Assembly (NCBI RefSeq): GCF_014639235.1
Contig: NZ_BMFU01000016.1
Span: 1 to 32,000, forward strand
Direction of reading: 5' to 3'
Origin: Paenibacillus silvae
Lineage (GTDB): Bacteria > Bacillota > Bacilli > Paenibacillales > Paenibacillaceae
DNA: 32,000 bases
A program made the position numbers and the translations under genes. The notes beneath the pieces are model-generated. The model was not told where the DNA came from and searched no databases. It saw only the letters and a program-made list of their open reading frames with translations. Each line of letters begins with the position of its first letter. The stretch's first letter is position 1. Shown here piece by piece: positions 1-8,165 of this stretch.

Positions 1-197
1 GCGAAGAAAACAAGTATTCGGTATTAGCTACCGTTTCCGGTAGTTGTCCCAAGCTTGAGGGCAGGTTGCCTACGTGTTACTCACCCGTCCGCCGCTAAGT
101 ATCAAGGAAGCAAGCTTCCTATCCACTCCGCTCGACTTGCATGTATTAGGCATGCCGCCAGCGTTCGTCCTGAGCCAGGATCAAACTCTCCAATAAA
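1..197 (-). rRNA. rrs: 16S ribosomal RNA, 5' end only (gene continues off the left edge)
   Basis: Reverse complement of 1-197 reads TTTATTGGAGAGTTTGATCCTGGCTCAGGACGAACGCTGGCGGCATGCCTAATACATGCAAGTCGAGCGGAGTGGATAGGAAGCTTGCTTCC...GGGTGAGTAACACGTAGGCAACCTGCCCTCAAGCTTGGGACAACTACCGGAAACGGTAGCTAATACCGAATAC. This is the universal 5' end of bacterial 16S rRNA, with V1/V2 regions of Paenibacillus type. Confidence 0.97.
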
Positions 198-513
198 GTA
201 TTGAAAAGAGCGATAAGCTCATTTTGAATCTGACGAGATTATAAATCTCATTGTTGTTCCAGTTTTCATACAGCCAGATGGCTTGCACCAAAAACCTTCA
301 CGTTCATTCTGCAAGCAGAATGATTACTCACTCGTTGTTCAGTTTTCAAAGATCAAACTTTTCTCCGTTACCGAAACTAGTTCGTTTCAGCAACTTTTAT
401 ATCTTATCATATCCGAACCAACTTTGCAAGCTCTTTTTTTCAAGCTTCTTTGGAAGCTCTTTTGTAAGCTGCTTGCCGCACCGTGTAAACCGTGTTTTCT
501 TGGCCGGAATTAG

Positions 514-542
514 AATATACCATGTACAGATTTAGAATACAA
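514..542 (-). promoter_or_regulatory. candidate sigma-A rRNA operon promoter
   Basis: Minus strand reads TTGTAT (542-537), a 17-nt spacer, then TATATT (519-514). An A/T-rich UP-like tract (AATATTTCAAAAAAAGGA) precedes it. It lies ~320 nt upstream of the mature 16S 5' end. Confidence 0.45.
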
Positions 543-852
543 GTCCTTTTTTTGAAATATTAAAAGCGATCTAAATGAAAAGAACCAATGTAATACGTTA
601 GACTATTAACAGCATCACAACAACGTGATGGGTCATCTTGAAACTTATATCGCACAAAAGGTTGTTTTCAAACTGTGTGTCTTTATTGATTAACTGTTAC
701 TGAAGTTATCTCTTGAATATCTGTTGCGCTGCTTGCTCGGCAAGCTTAGCCCCTTCTATTTTCTCAACGTATATTCCCATATATAGATGAAACGATGTAT
801 CTGGATTGTAGCTCTTTGTTTTTTTCGCACAGGAACACTTTATAATAGAAGA

Positions 853-893
853 AATAAAAAAGCGGAACCTCGATATCGTATCGAAGCTCCGCT
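853..893 (-). terminator. rho-independent terminator downstream of the purine permease gene
   Basis: Minus strand: AGCGGAGCTTCGATA-CGA-TATCGAGGTTCCGCT imperfect hairpin followed by TTTTTTATTT, 50 nt after the permease stop codon. Confidence 0.6.
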
Positions 894-944
894 TGCATTA
901 TTAATGCGATCAGTCAATCCAGTCGATCTAAGTTATGCCTCCAC

Positions 945-2321
945 TTACTCTCCGCCAATAAATACGTAACGGCAAACGACGATAATAGCCAGTACCCACA
1001 TTAGCCAGTGTATTTTTACTTTGCGCTCTGTAACGAGGTTGCTGAACACGGCCAGAATGACGTAGGATACGATACCTGCGGAAATCCCGTTTGCAATCCC
1101 GCCTGTAAATGGCATCAGTACAATTGTAAGAAATGCAGGGAAAGCTTGAAGAAAGTCATCCCACTCAATGCTGCGAACCTGACTCATCATAAGCACACCC
1201 ACAATGATCAATGCCGGTGCTGTTGCAGCAGAGGGAACAACCAATGCGAGCGGTGCAATAAACAAAGCCAGAATGAACAGCAGACCTGTTGTTACCGAGG
1301 TCAAGCCTGTACGTCCGCCAGCTTCTACACCAGAAGCACTTTCAACATAAGCTGTAATCGTACTTGTACCCAGTGCCGCACCTGCGCTGACGCCGACTGC
1401 ATCGACGAGCATGGCTTTACCAATTGTTTTCTCACCTTTGGCTTTATCCTTCATGATGCCCATACGTGTCGCCGTACCAACCATCGTACCGAACGTATCA
1501 AACAACTCAACGAATGTGAAAATGAAAATAATTTCGAACAATCCAAGGCTGATGGCGCCTTTCAGATCAAGCTGTCCAACAGCCAGATCGCTGAAGTTAG
1601 GCAGCCAGCTTGCGCTGGACAGGCCACTCAGATTCGTTACCCCCATCGGAATACCGATCAGTGTTGTAGCTACGATCCCGATCAACAAAGCACCTTTTAC
1701 ACGCATAACCATAAGGATCGCGATCAGAAGCAAACCAATCAAAGCCAGTAGTGCGTCATGATGTGTTATAAAGTTGCCGAGGGACAGATTAAAGCTGCTG
1801 CCTGGAATCGGCTGGCTCAAATCTGCATCAGGTGCAACATTAACAGTTACTGCCACAAGGTTGGCGAGTTTGAAGCCGATGATAGTAATAAACAGACCGA
1901 TACCTACGGTTATCGCCATTTTAATGGATTGCGGAACTGCGACGAGCAGCATTTGACGAACTCGGGTTACCGTCAGAATAATGAATACGATACCGGAAAG
2001 GAATACAGCACCGAGTGCCGCCTGCCAGCTAATTGCACCATTGGAACTCAGAACCACAGTCATAAAGTATGCATTCAATCCCATACCCGGAGCGAGTGCG
2101 ATCGGAACGTTTACGAACAACCCCATAATAATAGTCATTAATCCGGCACCAACGGCTGTTGCAAAGAATACTGCATTGTCGGACATACCCGCTCCAGCTG
2201 AACCCAGGAACAATGTGTTTACAAAAAGAATGTAAGCCATTGTCATAAAGGTAGTCAGACCCGCAACAATCTCCGTTCTAACATTTGTTCCGTTTTCTTT
2301 GAGTTTAAAGAAACGATCCAT
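945..2321 (-). CDS. pbuG: NCS2/AzgA-family guanine/hypoxanthine permease
   Basis: 458-aa polytopic membrane protein. The N-terminus MDRFFKLKENGTNVRTEIVAGLTTFMTMAYILFVN is the AzgA/PbuG-PbuO signature. It is preceded by a guanine-class riboswitch and sits near guaA as in B. subtilis. The symbol is assigned by synteny and family; a PbuO-type paralogue cannot be excluded. Confidence 0.88.
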   Translation of the reverse strand: MDRFFKLKENGTNVRTEIVAGLTTFMTMAYILFVNTLFLGSAGAGMSDNAVFFATAVGAGLMTIIMGLFVNVPIALAPGMGLNAYFMTVVLSSNGAISWQAALGAVFLSGIVFIILTVTRVRQMLLVAVPQSIKMAITVGIGLFITIIGFKLANLVAVTVNVAPDADLSQPIPGSSFNLSLGNFITHHDALLALIGLLLIAILMVMRVKGALLIGIVATTLIGIPMGVTNLSGLSSASWLPNFSDLAVGQLDLKGAISLGLFEIIFIFTFVELFDTFGTMVGTATRMGIMKDKAKGEKTIGKAMLVDAVGVSAGAALGTSTITAYVESASGVEAGGRTGLTSVTTGLLFILALFIAPLALVVPSAATAPALIIVGVLMMSQVRSIEWDDFLQAFPAFLTIVLMPFTGGIANGISAGIVSYVILAVFSNLVTERKVKIHWLMWVLAIIVVCRYVFIGGE

Positions 2322-2442
2322 AATTCACTAACTCCTCCTTAGAGATGTTGAAGCTATATTGAAAAACGACAAATGACCCTGAGAAGTATTTTCCCCAGAG
2401 TTCAGCTTGACCAGAAGCAGGCACATTGCCTGTGAACCAAGA

Positions 2443-2497
2443 ACAAAAAAAATTCTAATGTGCGCGGGTGATGTTCCACCGCAGTCATGTAGAATTC
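2443..2497 (-). terminator. intrinsic terminator (expression platform of the purine riboswitch)
   Basis: Minus strand: GAATTCTACATGACTGCGGTG-GAACAT-CACCCGCGCACATTAGAATT long imperfect hairpin running directly into TTTTTTTTG. It lies between the aptamer and the permease start. Confidence 0.6.
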
Positions 2498-2517
2498 ATG
2501 TGCTTAGCCTGCTCCTC

Positions 2518-2583
2518 TTCGTAGCCAGATCATTAGGGTGATCTCGTAGAGACTCCCGGGCCATATCCCCAGGATTATACGAA
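2518..2583 (-). promoter_or_regulatory. purine riboswitch aptamer, guanine/hypoxanthine class
   Basis: Minus strand: UUCGUAUAAUCCUGGGGAUAUGGCCCGGGAGUCUCUACGAGAUCACCCUAAUGAUCUGGCUACGAA. P1 is UUCGUA/UACGAA, P2 is CCUGGG/CCCGGG with a GAUAUGG loop, J2/3 is AGUCUCUAC, and P3 is AGAUCA/UGAUCU with a CCCUAA loop. The specificity position in J3/1 (GGCU) is C, as in the xpt guanine riboswitch. Confidence 0.9.
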
Positions 2584-2616
2584 TTAGTATGCGCTATTTG
2601 TTTGTTTCCCATCACC

Positions 2617-2645
2617 ATTTTAGGAGCGGGCTTCTATTTTGTCAA
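2617..2645 (-). promoter_or_regulatory. sigma-A promoter of the riboswitch-pbuG transcript
   Basis: Minus strand: TTGACA (2645-2640), 17-nt spacer, TAAAAT (2622-2617), about 35 nt upstream of the aptamer. Confidence 0.6.
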
Positions 2646-2912
2646 CGATAAAAACGAATGTTATATTCAAAACCTCCAAACAACGTTCGTATTATTTAAC
2701 AAATCAAACCATTACAGCGATTTACCACCCAATAAATTTAGGAGGTTCGTGATAGGTTCTCGTTAGCGAGAATAGAAGAAAAACTGTATAAATTCACCTA
2801 ATCACCTGAGAATGTAATATATGAAAAACCTTTCTATTACATTTCTCTGAAAGCGGTGTTATTATATATTATATATAATTTATAATATTTCATTTAAAAT
2901 GGAGGAATACAC

Positions 2913-3677
2913 ATGAATCGTTTATCAGGGAAAGTGGCTATTATTACTGGAGCAGGTAGTGGTATGGGTGCCGAGCAAGCTCGTTTATTTGCCAAAGAAG
3001 GTGCAAAAGTAATCGGTGGCGATATGAATACGGAAGGACTTCAAAACGTTATTGCTGAAATTAAAGCTGCTGGTGGTGAGGCGATCGGTGTCAAACTGAA
3101 TATTTCATCCCCCGAAGATTGGCAGTCCACAGTCAAAACAGCAGTCGAAACGTACGGTAAAGTGAATGTATTAGTAAATACCGCAGGGGTTGCCGGACCA
3201 TTTATAGCAAAAGCAGCCGAACATGATCCCGATGAATGGGATAAACTTCTGGCGATTAACCTCAAGGGCGCATTCCTGGGCAGTAAGTATTCTATTCCTG
3301 AGATGCTCAAAGCTGGTGGGGGTTCTATCGTAACGATCTCTTCAATCGCAGCTGCACTTGGGGGACAAGGTGGCACTGGATACGCCGCTGCCAAAGCTGG
3401 TCTGAGTGGTTTAACCAGAAATATTGCTGTAGATTACGGTAAAGATAATGTAAGGGCGAATGTTATTTTACCAGGCCAAATCAAGACGCCAATGTCTGCT
3501 GTACTTGAAACGGAAGAAGCTAAGGAAAGCAAACAGTACTACCTTAATAAAACTCCGCTGGGTCATTTCGGTGATCCAAGTGATGTCGCATATGCTGCTT
3601 TGTTTCTCGCCTCAGATGAATCCAAATTCATCACAGGTATTGAACTTCCTGTCGATGGCGGCGTAATGGCCAACTAA
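2913..3677 (+). CDS. short-chain dehydrogenase/reductase (SDR) family oxidoreductase
   Basis: 254 aa. It has the TGAGSGMG cofactor-binding motif, NTAG, and catalytic Ser...YAAAKAG (YxxxK). A GGAGGA Shine-Dalgarno sits 7 nt upstream of the ATG. Confidence 0.9.
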   Translation: MNRLSGKVAIITGAGSGMGAEQARLFAKEGAKVIGGDMNTEGLQNVIAEIKAAGGEAIGVKLNISSPEDWQSTVKTAVETYGKVNVLVNTAGVAGPFIAKAAEHDPDEWDKLLAINLKGAFLGSKYSIPEMLKAGGGSIVTISSIAAALGGQGGTGYAAAKAGLSGLTRNIAVDYGKDNVRANVILPGQIKTPMSAVLETEEAKESKQYYLNKTPLGHFGDPSDVAYAALFLASDESKFITGIELPVDGGVMAN

Positions 3678-3687
3678 CATCAAATCA

Positions 3688-3739
3688 AAAAGAGGATATC
3701 CCATTTCAACATATGTTGGAATGGAATCTCCTCTTTTTT
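3688..3739 (+). terminator. rho-independent terminator after the SDR gene
   Basis: AAAAAGAGGATATCCCATTTCAAC...GTTGGAATGGAATCTCCTCTTTTTTC: imperfect long hairpin followed by a T-run. Confidence 0.6.
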
Positions 3740-3805
3740 CGTAGTAAGCAACTGTATGTTGGTAGCATGCACCTTATTAATGACACATATCGTCAGTACC
3801 CTATA

Positions 3806-4459
3806 CTAGAGACTTAGGGATTCTCTTGTCAGAACATCAAACGTTTTTTTGGCTAGCTCAAAGTTTGAGTTTAATAAAGCATCCACCATGTCGCCCACGT
3901 AACTATTACGTTTTCTGGTTTTTTCAATTTCTCCCCACATAATTTGAGAATATGCGTTGGTAATAAAGGTAATGTCGTAATAAAATTTTATAAAAGCTTT
4001 ATTATCAGCAACTTCAAATACATAACCACATAGTCGATGCAACTTCACAATATATTCAAGCAGATTTTCTCGTTCTAATTGTTCGTTTGTTTCCTGATAA
4101 TACTGCTTCAGGTTGTTGCGCTTGTTGTCATCCCATTTCGACATAGAATAATCCACAGCCAAGGCAAACAAATCAATTAAGGCATCGGTGTAATCATGCA
4201 ACTCTTTCGAGGAGATTGATTTTACTCTTACTCCTTTTCTAGGAAGCTTCTCTAACACACCAGTATTGAGCAAAATGTAGAACGCTTCTCGAACAGGAAT
4301 ATTACTCACATTCAATTCTTTGGCGATATTGGATTCAATTAGTCGAGTTCCTTGAGGCAGCTCTCTAGTAAATATTTTTTTAAAAATAAAATTAGCGATC
4401 TGATCAGGCAACGAATCCTTGTTACCTTTAATCATTGAAGAAAAATTGAAATTTTCCAT
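3806..4459 (-). CDS. GntR-family transcriptional regulator (FadR/FCD-like C-terminal domain)
   Basis: 217 aa. The N-terminal winged HTH is LPQGTRLIESNIAKELNVSNIPVREAFYILLNTGVLEKLPRKGVRV, followed by an all-helical C-terminal domain. The gene is very AT-rich. The Shine-Dalgarno is weak, so the start is uncertain. Confidence 0.82.
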   Translation of the reverse strand: MENFNFSSMIKGNKDSLPDQIANFIFKKIFTRELPQGTRLIESNIAKELNVSNIPVREAFYILLNTGVLEKLPRKGVRVKSISSKELHDYTDALIDLFALAVDYSMSKWDDNKRNNLKQYYQETNEQLERENLLEYIVKLHRLCGYVFEVADNKAFIKFYYDITFITNAYSQIMWGEIEKTRKRNSYVGDMVDALLNSNFELAKKTFDVLTRESLSL

Positions 4460-4866
4460 CGTCTATTTTGCTATCCCTTCCACATATAACAATGAATTCA
4501 AAAGCTTATTCTTTGCTTAATACTATAGGTAGAAAATTGGATCACGTCAAATTTCATCCAACACATTGGTGTGCACATGATCTATGGTCAGTCGTTTTTA
4601 TGCGTATATAAAAAACACTGCCAGCTTTATGCAAACAATGTTTCCAGATTTAACTGTAATATGAACTTCGGATTATAGGCTGGATCTGTACCTTTAAAGT
4701 AGCTTTATATTTGAACGTATGCCTCATTATTTTCAATCAACCGTCCTCCGGATCTACATCTCGGTTGCTACACGTCCTGTAGTTGTGCCTTCTGGTCGCT
4801 GGTTCGCACAGTGCTTGTAGTTGGTTCCGGAACTATAGGTTTGGTCGGAAGCTGAATCAGATGCAA

Positions 4867-4916
4867 TAAAAAACTCTCTTTTATCTGCAAAACAACGCAG
4901 ATAAAGAGAGTTTTTT
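4867..4916 (-). terminator. bidirectional hairpin terminator, probably the original guaA terminator
   Basis: AAAAAACTCTCTTTTATCTGC-AAAACAAC-GCAGATAAAGAGAGTTTTTT has an A-run on one side and a T-run on the other. It lies 45 nt downstream (minus-strand sense) of the stop codon of the displaced guaA fragment. Confidence 0.65.
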
Positions 4917-4961
4917 ACTATCTAACTTTAAATTGATTAATGACAATAAAACTTTAACTCC

Positions 4962-5151
4962 CTACTCCCACTCGATCGTTGCAGGTGGTATGGAGGTTAC
5001 GTCATAGACAATACGGTTTACGTTGTCTACTTCGTTAACGATACGTACAGAGATTTTCTCCAATACGTCCCAAGGGATACGTGCCCAGTCGGCAGTCATA
5101 CCATCGATGGAAGTCACGGCGCGAATACCTACAGTGTAGGAGTAGGTGCGT
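4962..5151 (-). pseudogene. guaA: displaced 3'-terminal fragment of guaA (last 62 codons plus stop); distal att-type direct repeat of the islet
   Basis: Aligns without gaps to 9822-10011 at a constant offset of 4860 nt. It translates to [62 protein letters not shown], one residue different from the intact guaA C-terminus. There is no upstream coding continuation. Confidence 0.88.
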
Positions 5152-5240
5152 ATTATAGAGTTAATTACTATTCATTTTCCACGTTGTTCGGTATTTCAAT
5201 TGTAGCGGGTGAAATGACCAATTTCAATAGCTATTTAGAT

Positions 5241-5264
5241 GAAAATCCTCGTCATATGACGAGG
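5241..5264 (-). terminator. candidate terminator of the thsB'-thsA-thsB operon
   Basis: Perfect palindrome CCTCGTC-ATAT-GACGAGG (5247-5264), followed on the minus strand by ATTTTC, 47 nt after the thsB stop. Confidence 0.45.
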
Positions 5265-5310
5265 CAGATGCGGCTGTATACTTACAAAATGTTCTTCATG
5301 TCAAAGAGGT

Positions 5311-5943
5311 TCACCAGAACGAAAATAAATCTTTTTTTACAGTCTTGGTGATGTTAAATTCATTTATTCGCTTACTTTTCTCATAAGCATTTTCAATATA
5401 TTTTTCGGGTTCGGACAAAAAATCCTTTTCGTTGATTAAAGCTATATACGATCCTTCTAAACTATTTACAGTCTCACATTGTGGACATGTAAATTCCGGG
5501 TCTTTGCGGTTAAATCTATTGTTGTTGATTATTTCGTACATCAAATCTTTATCTAGGTACCTATACCGGCAACCATCCGATGTAGTTATATATTTTTCAA
5601 TCCAATTAGTACTTCCATTGACCTCCTGAATTACACCTACAATTCCATTACTTCCCGAGGTACGGTCTTCTCTAGTAGTATTCTTGAGAGAATATTCAAG
5701 TTCCCAATCAATCCATTTACTCAGCTTTATATTCGGGGATATAACAACAATAGTAACAGAAGTATCAAAAATCATTTTTTTTAAATGATTTTTGATTGTA
5801 TCCGTCTTTCTATCTGTCAAGTCAGGCGAAGCACTGGTTTCCCCTTGATAAAAACGAGCATCATCACCAAGTGCTTTGATAATTCGATCTCTCGTTCCCT
5901 TCGCTTCACTGTATTTGTACGAAACAAATGTCTTTCGTGCCAT
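5311..5943 (-). CDS. thsB: Thoeris ThsB-type TIR-like protein (DUF1863/MTH538 TIR-like fold)
   Basis: 210 aa. MARKTFVSYKYSEAKGTRDRIIKAL...SVTIVVISPNIKLSKWIDWELEYSL matches the hallmark layout of ThsB (compare B. cereus ThsB MAKRVFFSFHY...RWVRYEIMKS), including the conserved Glu after the W-x-x-W/Y element. A GGGGGTG Shine-Dalgarno lies 7 nt upstream. The gene starts 18 nt downstream of thsA. Confidence 0.8.
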   Translation of the reverse strand: MARKTFVSYKYSEAKGTRDRIIKALGDDARFYQGETSASPDLTDRKTDTIKNHLKKMIFDTSVTIVVISPNIKLSKWIDWELEYSLKNTTREDRTSGSNGIVGVIQEVNGSTNWIEKYITTSDGCRYRYLDKDLMYEIINNNRFNRKDPEFTCPQCETVNSLEGSYIALINEKDFLSEPEKYIENAYEKSKRINEFNITKTVKKDLFSFW

Positions 5944-5961
5944 GTATCACACCCCCTGCTA

Positions 5962-7416
5962 TTACTTTTTTCTTTTTTCAAGCATATTCACAATTTCAAT
6001 TACAGTGTTAATCAATGCTTCGTCAGTCTGATTCACATCGCCCAGCAATTGATATTTATCTTTCAGCTCAGCATCTGGAACATACCGGTCAAAATCATTA
6101 AAAACAGTCTCCCATATTTTTTTAGCAGTAAAGTCCGTCGCACCAATGGGAATAGGTATTACGCCGTGATTCACGCTTATTTCAAACTCTTCAATCATGC
6201 CATTTGCTTCTATTACAGCACCTGTTGAACCATCGATTTTATTGCCAAACATGAAGACGGAAATCCCAACGTTTTGAATCATGTTATTTCTGTGTTTAGT
6301 CCATAATTCCTTTATAGGGATTTGACCAGTAGTATTTTGAGGAAAAGGTCTCGAAATCAGACGTTCTTCTACCCGCTGACTTCTCGTTTTATAGATTTCC
6401 TCCAGCGCACCCGAGATTACACAACTGCCGACTCCAAGACCAAAACCAGTTACAATATTGTTCCCGTTTTTGATTACCGCTTTACTGAGGTTGCTCGCGA
6501 ACTCTAAGCAGCGCTGCTCTCCCCAATTTCCATAGTCAGAGGCACTACCGGAAATAAATAAATTTCTTCTCTTATATTGCTGTTCCACTTCCTTGAGTAT
6601 GGCCGTTATATCCTCATATTGATTTACCAATAGCACTTTAATGCTATATCTTTTCAGATCATTCACTTTTAACTTCTGCTTTATCTCAGCATATAAAAAG
6701 TCCGACTCTTCCTTGAAATCACCTCGTTGCACTTGCTTCATAAAACAATAATGTGTGCGTTGATTCTGACCCAATAGGATTCTTATACGACTCAAAATAT
6801 ATTCCAAGTTGGGATCATCAAAACTAAATCCAATAAACAACATTGTTTTTGAAACGAGGTCTCCTTGAAGAGCCGTTGTAAATAACTGCCGCTTGTTGTT
6901 GTAATTTTCATAATCATCTTTAGTTAAAACGGCTTCATGAGGCAATGAAATATCCCCATGCATTTTATAAATCTTGGCATCACTATTCGGTTTTGTTACC
7001 GCTAGGTTTTCGGTCGTTATTTTCGAGTCGATTCTTTTTCCTTCAATCTTCAAGGCTTCCTCGATTAGATCATCATAGTTGGTTGTCCAATATGTATCTA
7101 TAGGCAGCCTTGCTAAAATTTTATGATTTTCGGTGATTTCGGCATCCTTTGTAAATTCGTCAATTAATGCTTGATTTATTTTCCCTCTATTTCCACCGTT
7201 CTCATTAACATGGTACTGCGCTACTGCTATAAGGTCACTTTCTTTATCAATATTTAAATTAATTTCTTCAGCGATATCTCGAAGCAGTTCCTTCCAGTTC
7301 ACAAATCCCGCAGGTTTAGACAATCCTGCGCCCGCAAATACAGCCGCATTAGACTCCTCAATAGCAGTTTTAAAAGTTTTCAGAAACTCCGCTATTTCTT
7401 TGCTCACCAGTTTCAT
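5962..7416 (-). CDS. thsA: Thoeris ThsA: N-terminal SIR2-family NADase plus C-terminal SLOG signal-sensor domain
   Basis: SIR2 motifs are AAVFAGAGLS, ENHKILARLPIDTYWTTNYDDLIE, KMHGDISLPHEAVLTKDDY and LFIGFSFDDPNLEYILSRIR. SLOG motifs are LFISGSASDY...IVTGFGLGVGSCVISGALEE...RPFPQ. By recollection it is collinear over its full length with Bacillus cereus MSX-D12 ThsA. The start is ambiguous: TTG 7431 (ORF track), ATG 7416 (matches homologue length), or GTG 7407 (best spacing to GAGGAGG). Confidence 0.9.
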   Translation of the reverse strand: MKLVSKEIAEFLKTFKTAIEESNAAVFAGAGLSKPAGFVNWKELLRDIAEEINLNIDKESDLIAVAQYHVNENGGNRGKINQALIDEFTKDAEITENHKILARLPIDTYWTTNYDDLIEEALKIEGKRIDSKITTENLAVTKPNSDAKIYKMHGDISLPHEAVLTKDDYENYNNKRQLFTTALQGDLVSKTMLFIGFSFDDPNLEYILSRIRILLGQNQRTHYCFMKQVQRGDFKEESDFLYAEIKQKLKVNDLKRYSIKVLLVNQYEDITAILKEVEQQYKRRNLFISGSASDYGNWGEQRCLEFASNLSKAVIKNGNNIVTGFGLGVGSCVISGALEEIYKTRSQRVEERLISRPFPQNTTGQIPIKELWTKHRNNMIQNVGISVFMFGNKIDGSTGAVIEANGMIEEFEISVNHGVIPIPIGATDFTAKKIWETVFNDFDRYVPDAELKDKYQLLGDVNQTDEALINTVIEIVNMLEKRKK

Positions 7417-7427
7417 CCTCCTCAAAT

Positions 7428-7940
7428 TCAAGATTCAAACCAATTGGCTAAATGAACCCCTCGTGATTCCCCTTGTTTTATAACATACCAGTTGCCATCA
7501 TATGATTGTTCAATATAGTTGTAGATTCCATAGTATTCTCGCTCGTCCCATGTTCCTTCATTTTTCACAAGCGGAAGAATTGCAATTTTATTTAGACCCT
7601 TTACACCATCGGCTAGCCCAAGCTCCCATGGTATCCAAATTGATCGAATACTCCCTGGTGTCGCCAGCAGTACAAATTTATTAGAGCGGTTGATTCTTTG
7701 TTTCAGCTTCTGGGCCGTCTCAGACGATGTTTGGCTAGGCATACTATGGTCAAGCCAGTCAACATAAGTTCTTTGGCCGAATTGCGCCAAAAAACCTACT
7801 GCCTGTTTTACTTCCTGCTCGTCATCATGACGATGGGACAAGAAAACCGTATTTGAAGTACTGAATTGGTAATTTTCATTAAGAGACTTTTGAATCGACT
7901 GAGACATATTGTTCAACTTATTGAATGTTAGGTACGACAT
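7428..7940 (-). CDS. thsB: TIR-domain protein, second and divergent Thoeris ThsB
   Basis: 170 aa. It has canonical bacterial TIR motifs: VFLSHRHDDEQEV (start of beta-A), KFVLLATPGSIRSIWIPWELGLA (conserved W-x-W-E catalytic-Glu element). A GAGGAGG Shine-Dalgarno lies 6 nt upstream. Its stop is 11 nt before the thsA ATG and overlaps the alternative TTG. Confidence 0.82.
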   Translation of the reverse strand: MSYLTFNKLNNMSQSIQKSLNENYQFSTSNTVFLSHRHDDEQEVKQAVGFLAQFGQRTYVDWLDHSMPSQTSSETAQKLKQRINRSNKFVLLATPGSIRSIWIPWELGLADGVKGLNKIAILPLVKNEGTWDEREYYGIYNYIEQSYDGNWYVIKQGESRGVHLANWFES

Positions 7941-7981
7941 AGAAATCCTCCTCTTTTCGACTGTTGGCTATACTTACTCAA

Positions 7982-8011
7982 ATGATATTGTTCATTGGAA
8001 AGTCATTACAA
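7982..8011 (-). promoter_or_regulatory. candidate sigma-A promoter of the Thoeris operon
   Basis: Minus strand: TTGTAA (8011-8006), 18 nt, TATCAT (7987-7982), about 40 nt upstream of the thsB' start. Only moderately close to consensus. Confidence 0.3.
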
Positions 8012-8165
8012 TTCTATTATCGCTAATCACCTTATCTTTGAAAAGGGCAAAAGTATTACGACATTTGATTCTCTTGGTCCATAAATAGTGCTAAAACTGA
8101 CTCCATATAGATTAAGGATTAAAATAAAAGTATGTAAAAATACATTCTTTTATGGGGTGCACTTC

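Noticed and set aside
251-535. 94-aa and 76-aa plus-strand ORFs just beyond the 16S rRNA 5' end
   Set aside because: They lie in the rRNA operon leader and promoter region on the opposite strand. They have Phe/Ser/Leu-rich composition, no Shine-Dalgarno, and no homology features.
787-969. 60-aa plus-strand ORF between the rRNA promoter region and the permease gene
   Set aside because: It runs through the permease terminator hairpin and into the permease 3' end. It has no Shine-Dalgarno and no recognisable features.
1008-2235. Several plus-strand ORFs (247, 116, 127, 60 and 84 aa) overlapping the permease gene
   Set aside because: They lie antisense to a well-supported NCS2/AzgA permease. 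Their products are Cys/His/Asn/Thr-rich low-complexity strings, and they have no ribosome-binding sites.
5311-7940. Alternative classifications of the SIR2/TIR locus (DSR-type SIR2 defence, SPARTA/short pAgo-TIR, CBASS, type II Thoeris with Macro-TM ThsA)
   Set aside because: No Argonaute, cyclase or large DSR-type protein is present. The SIR2 protein is ~485 aa with a C-terminal SLOG domain and is flanked by stand-alone TIR genes, which fits type I Thoeris specifically.
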